From NCBI GenBank assembly GCA_046052125.1, contig JBJOMY010000002.1, positions 352,001 through 416,000 of the forward strand: a DNA stretch of 64,000 nt, read 5' to 3'. Shown here one piece after another: positions 55,922-64,000 of the stretch. The notes beneath the pieces are model-generated. The model worked only from the letters and a program-made list of their open reading frames with translations, was not told the origin of the DNA and made no database searches. The position numbers were made by a program, and so were the translations under genes. This DNA comes from Cyanobacteriota bacterium (GTDB taxonomy: Bacteria; Cyanobacteriota; Cyanobacteriia; PCC-6307; Cyanobiaceae). How positions within the stretch are numbered: position 1 is the first letter of the stretch; every line of letters begins with the position of its first letter.

Positions 55922-56755
55922 ATGGCTCTGCACGTCCACAGCGATCCCTATCCGCATCTGGAATTCCGCCATCCCGAGAGCGGCGACCAGCTTCGGGTTG
56001 TGCCTGAACGGGGCGGCCTGATCAGCAGCTGGTGCAGCGGTGGCCGGGAGCAGCTCTACTTCGATGTCGAGCGCTTTGCGGATCCAGGCCAGAGTGTGCG
56101 CGGTGGCATCCCGGTGCTCTTCCCGGTGTGCGGCAATCTGCCGGGCAATCAGCTCAGCCTGCCCCAGGGTGTGTTCCCGATGGCGCAGCACGGCTTCGCC
56201 CGCGATCTGCCCTGGCAGATCGATGAGCTGGAGGATGGCCAGGGGATTCGCTTGACGCTGAGCGATTCAGCCCGCACCCGTGCCTCCTATCCCTTCGGGT
56301 TTCAGCTGAGCCTTGAGGTGCGGTTGGAGCCCCGTGCCCTGGCGATTGCGGCCTGCGTTGAGCAGCGCGGTGGCGATGGCCCCATGCCCTATGCCCTTGG
56401 TCTGCATCCCTATTTCCAGGTGTCGGATCTGGGGCAGGTGGTTCTACGGGGCTTGCCAGCGCAGTGCTTCAACCACCTCAGCGGCAGCCTGGAGCTCACC
56501 GCTGACCAGCTGCGGCGTCTGCCGGAGGGGGTTGATCTGCGGGTGGATCTGCCCGAGCCGGCGGCGCAGCCGTTGCGGCTGGGCCAGCTGGAGCTCCAGC
56601 TCGAGCCACCGTTCTGCCATGCCGTGGTGTGGAGCGACCCCCCCAGGCCGATGGTTTGCCTGGAACCCTGGAGTGCTGTGCGCGGTGCCCTCAGCCAGCA
56701 GCTGGCAGCTGGTGAACGCCAGTGGCTTCGCTGCCGCTACCGGCTCCTGGAGTGA
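55922..56755 (+). CDS. Aldose 1-epimerase / galactose mutarotase-like protein
   Basis: VPERGG, RGGIPVLFP, QHGFAR, GLHPYF, VCLEPW motifs. Confidence 0.9.
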   Translation: MALHVHSDPYPHLEFRHPESGDQLRVVPERGGLISSWCSGGREQLYFDVERFADPGQSVRGGIPVLFPVCGNLPGNQLSLPQGVFPMAQHGFARDLPWQIDELEDGQGIRLTLSDSARTRASYPFGFQLSLEVRLEPRALAIAACVEQRGGDGPMPYALGLHPYFQVSDLGQVVLRGLPAQCFNHLSGSLELTADQLRRLPEGVDLRVDLPEPAAQPLRLGQLELQLEPPFCHAVVWSDPPRPMVCLEPWSAVRGALSQQLAAGERQWLRCRYRLLE

Positions 56756-56762
56756 GCGCAGC

Positions 56763-57965
56763 TCAGGGCGGCGCCACCCCCGGCAGTCGGCCCCGGGCCA
56801 GCTGCTGTAGAGGGTCGAATTCCCGTTTGATCGCTTCGATCACAGCGCGCGCCGCTGCATCGCCCCAGGCGGGTAGGGCGTGGGGCTGGGGTTGTGCCAG
56901 CACCATGAGATCGCCACCCAGCTCCCGGCAGCGGCGCCGCAGCCGCTCCACCCTGTGGGCCGGCAGCGCCTTGGCGGCTGCCCAGGCCAGCCCCAGGCCG
57001 GCACCGGCGGGCAGGGTTCCCTGCAGCCCCTGGCAGGTCCCATCGCGCAGCAGCTGTTGCACCTGGGCCGGCAGCACCCCCAATTGCAATAGCCAGCGCT
57101 GCTCGCTGGCCAGGCGGTGGTGGCTGGAGGCTCCGCGGGCCTCCGCCTCCAGCGCTTGCAGGGCGTCGCCGCTCACAAGGTCCACGTTCAGCCCGAGCTC
57201 CGCCGCCCGCTGTCGGTGCTCCTGCAGCTGTGCATCGATCGCCGCACGACTCACACTCACCAGCGCCAGCAGCAGGCCGGCCTGGCCGCTCTCCTCCTCA
57301 GGCTGCAACCGCCAGTCGAGCCGTTGCGGCAGCAGCGGTGCCGCCAGGCACACCTGGCGCATGCGTTCGAGCGCAGCCACCGAACCCCGGATCCACAGGC
57401 CGGCCCGCTGCGGCGGCAGCGGATAGGTGCGCAGGGTGAGGCTGGTGATCAGGCCGAGGCTGCCCCAGCTGCCGGCCAGCAGTCGCATCAGGTCGTAACC
57501 GGCCACGTTCTTCACCACCCGGCCACCGGCCTTGGCTGGGGTGCCATCGGCGCGGATCAGGCTCACTCCGATCAGCTGATCACGGATGCCCAAATAACGC
57601 TGCCGCAATCCCCCCGACAGGCCGCGGGCCACCAATCCCCCCACCGTGCCGCTTGCTTCGCCGAACGGGCCGCTGCCCCAGGGCCAGTCGATCGCCAGCC
57701 ACTGTTGCGCGTCGGCCAGTTCGGCCTGCAGCTGCTGCAGCGGCAGGCCCGCTTCCACCGTCACGGTGAAGTCCCCCGCACAGTGCTCCACGAGGCGGTT
57801 CAGCCGGCTGGTGCTCACCACCAGCGCCTCGCTCTCCCCAACCCCTGGCTGAACGGGCGGTCCCCAGCTGAGGCGGCTGCCGCTGCCGGCCGGTAGCCAG
57901 GGCCGGGCCTGCCGGTGCAGGTCCTGCACCAGCTCCTGCAGCGCGCTGGGCTCAGGACAGATCAC
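56763..57965 (-). CDS. glcE: Glycolate dehydrogenase FAD-binding subunit
   Basis: DFTVTVEAG, GTVGG, GGRVVKNVAGYDL, GSWGSLG, KREFDP motifs. Confidence 0.85.
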   Translation of the reverse strand: MICPEPSALQELVQDLHRQARPWLPAGSGSRLSWGPPVQPGVGESEALVVSTSRLNRLVEHCAGDFTVTVEAGLPLQQLQAELADAQQWLAIDWPWGSGPFGEASGTVGGLVARGLSGGLRQRYLGIRDQLIGVSLIRADGTPAKAGGRVVKNVAGYDLMRLLAGSWGSLGLITSLTLRTYPLPPQRAGLWIRGSVAALERMRQVCLAAPLLPQRLDWRLQPEEESGQAGLLLALVSVSRAAIDAQLQEHRQRAAELGLNVDLVSGDALQALEAEARGASSHHRLASEQRWLLQLGVLPAQVQQLLRDGTCQGLQGTLPAGAGLGLAWAAAKALPAHRVERLRRRCRELGGDLMVLAQPQPHALPAWGDAAARAVIEAIKREFDPLQQLARGRLPGVAPP

Positions 57966-57979
57966 GGCACGATGGTGCC

Positions 57980-59344
57980 ATGGCAGAGCGGCGCAAGGTC
58001 ATCGTTCTCGATGACGATCCCACCGGGTCGCAGACGGTGCACAGCGTGCCGCTGCTGCTGCGTTGGGATGCAGACAGCCTGCGGCGGGGCTTGCGTCACC
58101 CCTCGCCGCTGCTGTTCGTGTTGGCCAACACCCGAGCGCTCGAGCCCGAAGCCGCGCGGGAGCGGGTGCGGCAGATCTGCCGGGGGCTGCGGGTGGTGCT
58201 GCAGGAGCTGGAGGCGGCCGGGGAACTGGATCGCTGGCTGATCGTGAGCCGGGGCGACTCCACCCTGCGGGGCCATTTCCCGCTGGAGGTGGAGGTGATC
58301 GCCGAAGAGCTCGGCCCGTTCGATGCCACCCTGCTGGCCCCTGCCTTCCTGCCCGGCGGCCGCACCACCCGCGGCGGTGTGCACTATCTGCATGGCGAGC
58401 CCGTGCACACCAGCCCCTTTGCGCGCGATCGCCTGTTTGGCTTTAGCAGCAGCGCGTTGCCTGAGTGGGTGGAGGAGAAAACCCGGGGTGTGATCCCTGC
58501 CGGCACGGTGGAGCGCTTGGATGGGGCCGAGCTCGATGGGCCTGCCGCAGCCTTGCAGGCTCGCCTGGCCTGTTTCAGCGCCCAACGCGTTGTGGCGGTG
58601 GATGCGGAGCGGCCTGAACAGTTGGCGGCCCTAGGAGAAGCGGTGTGGCGCAGCGAGCGGCGCCTGCTGTTCCAATCCGCCGCCAGCCTGATCAATGGTC
58701 TGGTGCCCCTGCCGCCCCAACCCCTCGATCGCGCTGGCCTGGCCGCCCTGCGCCGCTGCGGGGCCCATGGGGAATGGTTGCCCGTGCTGGTGATGGTGGG
58801 ATCCCATGTGCCCCTGGCGGATCAGCAACTGGAGCCATTGCTGCAGGAGCCCGCCTGTGTGGGGGTGGAGATCCCGGTGGCCAAACTGGCCCGGGTGCTG
58901 GAGGGCCCGGCAGCACTGCAGCTGCTCCGGTCGCTGGAGCAGAGCTGGCTGGAGCAGCTGCAGGCTGTGCTGCATCAGGGGCGCACCCCGCTGCTGTTCA
59001 GCAGCCGCGGTGAACTGGTGTGTGCTTCAGCCCAGGAGCGGCGACGCTTCGGCCTGGAACTGGCGGCCCTGATGGCACGCCTGGCCGCGGCCCTGGCCCC
59101 GCAGTTGGGACTGATCATCAGCAAGGGCGGCATCACCACCCACACCCTGCTGGCCGAGGGCTTGGGGCTGGATTGGGTGGAGTTGCAGGGGCAGCTTCTG
59201 CCGGGACTGTCGGTGGTGCTCACCCCGCCCGCGGCCACGGTTCCGGGCTTGCCCGTGATCACCTTCCCGGGGAACCTGGGCGATGCCGGCACCTTGCGCC
59301 AGGCCTGGCAGTTGATGGTTCAGGCGGATACGGGCTGCCCGTAG
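57980..59344 (+). CDS. Four-carbon acid sugar kinase family protein (DUF1537)
   Basis: VLDDDPTGSQ, SRGDSTLRGH, SKGGIT, FPGNLG motifs. Confidence 0.9.
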   Translation: MAERRKVIVLDDDPTGSQTVHSVPLLLRWDADSLRRGLRHPSPLLFVLANTRALEPEAARERVRQICRGLRVVLQELEAAGELDRWLIVSRGDSTLRGHFPLEVEVIAEELGPFDATLLAPAFLPGGRTTRGGVHYLHGEPVHTSPFARDRLFGFSSSALPEWVEEKTRGVIPAGTVERLDGAELDGPAAALQARLACFSAQRVVAVDAERPEQLAALGEAVWRSERRLLFQSAASLINGLVPLPPQPLDRAGLAALRRCGAHGEWLPVLVMVGSHVPLADQQLEPLLQEPACVGVEIPVAKLARVLEGPAALQLLRSLEQSWLEQLQAVLHQGRTPLLFSSRGELVCASAQERRRFGLELAALMARLAAALAPQLGLIISKGGITTHTLLAEGLGLDWVELQGQLLPGLSVVLTPPAATVPGLPVITFPGNLGDAGTLRQAWQLMVQADTGCP

Positions 59345-60684
59345 CGCTGCCACAGGTCTCCAGCGATACCCCCAAGCGCCACGAGGGCCAGGGCCAGCAG
59401 GCTGTCGGTGGTGTCGCTGATTACGGCTCCCACCAGAAAGGCGAGCGAACCGGCGCCCACCAGCCAGGGCGTCACGGGGTAGCCCCAGCTCAGAAAGGGC
59501 CGCGGCAGTTCCGGTTGTTGCCGGCGCAGCTGGATCTGGGCGGCGATGCCGCTCAGGGGCAGCCCCACATACAGGAAGGCTCCCATCCCTAGCAGGTGAT
59601 CAAAGGAACCCACCAGCACCAGCAAGGCCGCGCTGCCACTGGTGAGCAGCAAGGCGGCCGCCGGCGTGCCGCCCGGGTTCACCTGGCTGAGGACAGCCGG
59701 CATCAGGCCATCCCGGCTCAGGCCAAACAGGATTCGGGGCGCTGCCATCACCACGGTGTTGATCAGGCCCAGCAGCGACACCAGGGCCACGGCTGTGATC
59801 AGCTGCGCCCCTTGGCTGCCCAGCAGGCGGCGGGCTGCCTCGGCCGCCGGCAGCGTGGCCTGGCTGAGCGCTTGCATCGGCAACACGTGCAACAGCGCGC
59901 CGTTGATCAGCAGATAGAGCGCCAGCACAGCCAGCACGCCGCCGATCAGGGAACGGGGCAGATCACGGGCCGGTTCGCTGAATTCCTCGGCGAAATACAC
60001 CGGTGAGGCCCAGCCATCGAAGGTGGTGACCACGGCCTGCAGCGCCAGCACAGCCCCGATCCACAGCGCCGATCCCTGGGGCGGCAACACAGTGGGATGG
60101 CTGATGGCTGCATCTGGTGCAACGGCGGGCAGCAGAAAGCTGGCGGCCGCCAGCCCCAGGAAGGCCAGGGCCTTCATCAGGCTGAGCAGCTCCTGGCTGG
60201 CACCTCCGGCACGCACGCCCAGCCACTGGATGGCGCTGAACAGGATCAGCACCGCCAGGGCGATCGCCTGCCCCTGCCATGGGGCCGCGGCCTGTTCAGG
60301 GATCCACTCCACGATCAGGTCGCCCACGGTGGTGGCCACCCAGGCCAGGCCGATGCAGTGGGCCAGCCAGTCGGTCCAGCCCACCAGCCAGCCGGCCCGG
60401 CGCCCGAAGGCCTGCTCGGCGTACACATACCAACCCCCGGCCCGCGGCAGGCTGGCCGCAAGCTCGGCGATGCAGATCGCGCCGAGCAGGGCGTAGAGCC
60501 CCCCGAGCACCCAGGCGCCCAGCACCAGTGGTGCCGTGGCCAATTGCGCTGCCACCAGCCCGGGTGTGCGCAGGATGCCAGCGCCGATCGTTCCCCCCAC
60601 GGAGCCGGCCAGGCCGAAGGCCACACCGAGCACCGAGAGCAAGCCGCCGCTGCTCCGCTCCTCTGGCGGCGGTGGGTTGCTCAA
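59320..60684 (-). CDS. APC-family amino acid permease
   Basis: GGTIGAGI, ELAASLPRAGGWY, FDGW...AEE, RPFLSWGYP motifs. Confidence 0.9.
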   Translation of the reverse strand: MSNPPPPEERSSGGLLSVLGVAFGLAGSVGGTIGAGILRTPGLVAAQLATAPLVLGAWVLGGLYALLGAICIAELAASLPRAGGWYVYAEQAFGRRAGWLVGWTDWLAHCIGLAWVATTVGDLIVEWIPEQAAAPWQGQAIALAVLILFSAIQWLGVRAGGASQELLSLMKALAFLGLAAASFLLPAVAPDAAISHPTVLPPQGSALWIGAVLALQAVVTTFDGWASPVYFAEEFSEPARDLPRSLIGGVLAVLALYLLINGALLHVLPMQALSQATLPAAEAARRLLGSQGAQLITAVALVSLLGLINTVVMAAPRILFGLSRDGLMPAVLSQVNPGGTPAAALLLTSGSAALLVLVGSFDHLLGMGAFLYVGLPLSGIAAQIQLRRQQPELPRPFLSWGYPVTPWLVGAGSLAFLVGAVISDTTDSLLALALVALGGIAGDLWQRYGQPVSA

Positions 60685-62024
60685 GAACGCTGGGCCGCTG
60701 CCAGCAACTGCAACGGGTGGGCCACGCGCGGGCCATCGCCCAGGTGCCGGCGCAACTGCATCGTGCAGCCGATGTTGGCGCTGGCCACCAGGTCAGCGCC
60801 GGTGCCACGGAGATCGCTGGCCTTGATCTCACCCAGCGCCGCCGCTTCTTCGGGTTGAACCAGGTTGTAGATGCCGGCGCTGCCGCAGCACACCCCGGCT
60901 TCGGTGGCTTCCCGCAGCTGCAGGTGGGGGATGGCGCGCAGCAGTTGGCGCGGTTCGGCGCTGATCCCCTGGCCGTGCAGCATGTGGCAGGCATCGTGAT
61001 ACGCCACCACCACTGGGTTCTCGGCAGTGGCGGGTTGGCCGTCGCTGTGGGTGAGTGGCTGCAGCCCAGCCTGGAAGGCATCGCTCAGGCCCAGCTCCGC
61101 CAGGAATTGATGAACGTCCCGGACTTGGGACGCAAAGGCCGCGCCCTGATCGCTCTCCAGCAGCCGGTCGTAGTGCTTGAGCGTGTGCCCGCAGCCGGAG
61201 GCGGCCACCACAACAGCGTCCAACGGTTCGGGGCCCGCGGCTTTGCCGGGCCCCACCACGGCACGGAAGCTCTCGATCAGGGCATGGGCCAGCTCCCGGG
61301 TCTGCTCCAGTTCGCCCTGGTGATGGGTCACGGCGCCGCAGCATCCCTGGCTCGGCGGAATCACCACCTCCATACCGTTGGCCGTGAGCACCTGCAGCGT
61401 GGCGGCATTCACATCGGGATCAAAAAGCCGCTGCACGCAGCCCAGCACCAGCCCCACGCGGGCGCGGCGCTCCCCTTGGGCGGGGATCACGAGCGGCAGA
61501 CCATCGCGGAAGGCCTCTGGTTGCAGCGGCGGCAGCAGCTTGTCCATTGCCTCGAGTTGCGGCCCCAGCAATCGGGTGACCCCACTCCAGCGGGCCAAGC
61601 CTTGTAGCGGCGTGCCTGCGTAAGCGCGCAGGGGGGTGAGCGTGGCCCTCAGCCGTTGGGGGTAGGGCAGGAGGGCAAACAACAGCTTGCGAAAGGCCCG
61701 TTGGGCCGGGCTTCGCAGCTCAGGGGCATTGAGCTTCGGGCGCGTGGCCTCGATCAGCTCGTCGTAGCGCACGCCCGAGGGGCAGGCGCTCACACAGGCG
61801 AAGCAGCCCAGGCAGCTGTCGAAATGGCTGGCGGTGGTGGCGTCGAGCTCCAGCTCGCCGGCTTCGATCGCCTTGAGCGCATGGATCCGCCCCCGGGGCG
61901 AATCCATCTCCGTTCCCAGCACCCGGTAGCTGGCACACGTGGGCAGGCAGAAGCCGCAGTGCACGCAGGGGTCTGTGGTGAGGCTGCCCACTTGGATCGG
62001 ATCGGCCGGTGGCTGTCGACTCAT
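60681..62024 (-). CDS. glcF: Glycolate dehydrogenase iron-sulfur subunit
   Basis: CVHCGFCLPTC, SPRGRI, CLGCFACVSACP, two CCG domains, YHDACH. Confidence 0.9.
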   Translation of the reverse strand: MSRQPPADPIQVGSLTTDPCVHCGFCLPTCASYRVLGTEMDSPRGRIHALKAIEAGELELDATTASHFDSCLGCFACVSACPSGVRYDELIEATRPKLNAPELRSPAQRAFRKLLFALLPYPQRLRATLTPLRAYAGTPLQGLARWSGVTRLLGPQLEAMDKLLPPLQPEAFRDGLPLVIPAQGERRARVGLVLGCVQRLFDPDVNAATLQVLTANGMEVVIPPSQGCCGAVTHHQGELEQTRELAHALIESFRAVVGPGKAAGPEPLDAVVVAASGCGHTLKHYDRLLESDQGAAFASQVRDVHQFLAELGLSDAFQAGLQPLTHSDGQPATAENPVVVAYHDACHMLHGQGISAEPRQLLRAIPHLQLREATEAGVCCGSAGIYNLVQPEEAAALGEIKASDLRGTGADLVASANIGCTMQLRRHLGDGPRVAHPLQLLAAAQRS

Positions 62025-62031
62025 CGGCAAT

Positions 62032-62745
62032 TCAATAGTGGTAACCGGCCAGATCGATCTCGCGCTCAAAAATCTTGGCAATTCTCGAGGCTTGAGTGTG
62101 GGTTAAAACGTCTTGGTAGGGACGTTGTTCACGGCGAAACTGACGTTTGGCATGGGGGAGCAGGGGATTGCCTTGCAAATTCAGCTCTTCGAACAAACGG
62201 TTGAGTTCTGCTTGGGCATCTTCATAGCGGCACAGGCGATGGACAGCCAAGTTGCCGTTTAAGCAATAGATGGCTTCACTTTGTGCGGCCGCCCGTTGCA
62301 GATGCGGACCGTCGATGAAGGCATCAAGGCTTTCGGGTTCGGCTTGGTCTCTGATGTGCCAGAAGTAGTGCGAAATCGCGCGATCCCAAGGGTTGCGAAC
62401 GAAGCAGAAGCGGAAGTAGTTGTCCCACTGATGCTGGGGGAGATACTTCAGTGTTTGTTCGGCTGTGATGTGGGTGTGGAAGCCGATCCGCTTTAAATCG
62501 CTGTTCATCGACTTCCCGGTGATTTTGCGGCGCAGCCGCAGCTTCAGATAGGAGGGCGTGTTGTACCAGGGGATGAAATGCCTGGGCGATGGATAGCCCA
62601 GTTCTCGGCGAATGCGCTCATCCCGCCCCAGCGGCGTGATCACATCCTTCCTGTTGCAGGTGCTCGAGAGGGCGATGCCGATGGAGGTGGATGCCGTTTT
62701 CCGGTTCGCCAGGAAGATGAAACGTTTGCTATGGCTGATGATCAT
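62032..62745 (-). CDS. Sulfotransferase family 2 protein
   Basis: MIISHSKRFIFL..RKTASTS and FCFVRNPWDRAIS motifs; more AT-rich than neighbours. Confidence 0.85.
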   Translation of the reverse strand: MIISHSKRFIFLANRKTASTSIGIALSSTCNRKDVITPLGRDERIRRELGYPSPRHFIPWYNTPSYLKLRLRRKITGKSMNSDLKRIGFHTHITAEQTLKYLPQHQWDNYFRFCFVRNPWDRAISHYFWHIRDQAEPESLDAFIDGPHLQRAAAQSEAIYCLNGNLAVHRLCRYEDAQAELNRLFEELNLQGNPLLPHAKRQFRREQRPYQDVLTHTQASRIAKIFEREIDLAGYHY

Positions 62746-62767
62746 GGATCTTTGGAGGATGGCTGCA

Positions 62768-64000
<1,233 letters not shown>

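Overview
GC-rich picocyanobacterial (Synechococcus/Cyanobium-like) chromosomal segment, inferred from psaC, ndhS and the overall gene set. It is mostly core genes: mreBCD, lysS, egtB/egtD, cysteine synthase, smpB, ruvB, thiC with a TPP riboswitch, tkt, fabF-acpP, psaC, glmS, manC, rimM, ndhS, rnc, rnpB, tRNA-Arg, xfp-glgP-ackA, glcE/glcF and icd. Two accessory blocks stand out. (1) A ~11 kb lower-GC island between thiC and tkt encodes CDP-sugar enzymes (rfbF/rfbG), a split transketolase-like pair, an epimerase/reductase, sulfotransferase-like and DUF4915-like proteins, and a GtrA/GtrB/GT-C-like trio. (2) A ~3.8 kb cassette (52072-55889) encodes three Fe(II)/2-oxoglutarate dioxygenases, a possible prenyltransferase-barrel protein and a sulfotransferase-like protein, and is the best candidate for an undescribed tailoring pathway. 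Also seen: a dispersed quasi-palindromic intergenic repeat (3 copies), a perfect 20-bp inverted repeat, and three reading-frame anomalies. All family assignments come from recognising motifs by eye, not from database searches.
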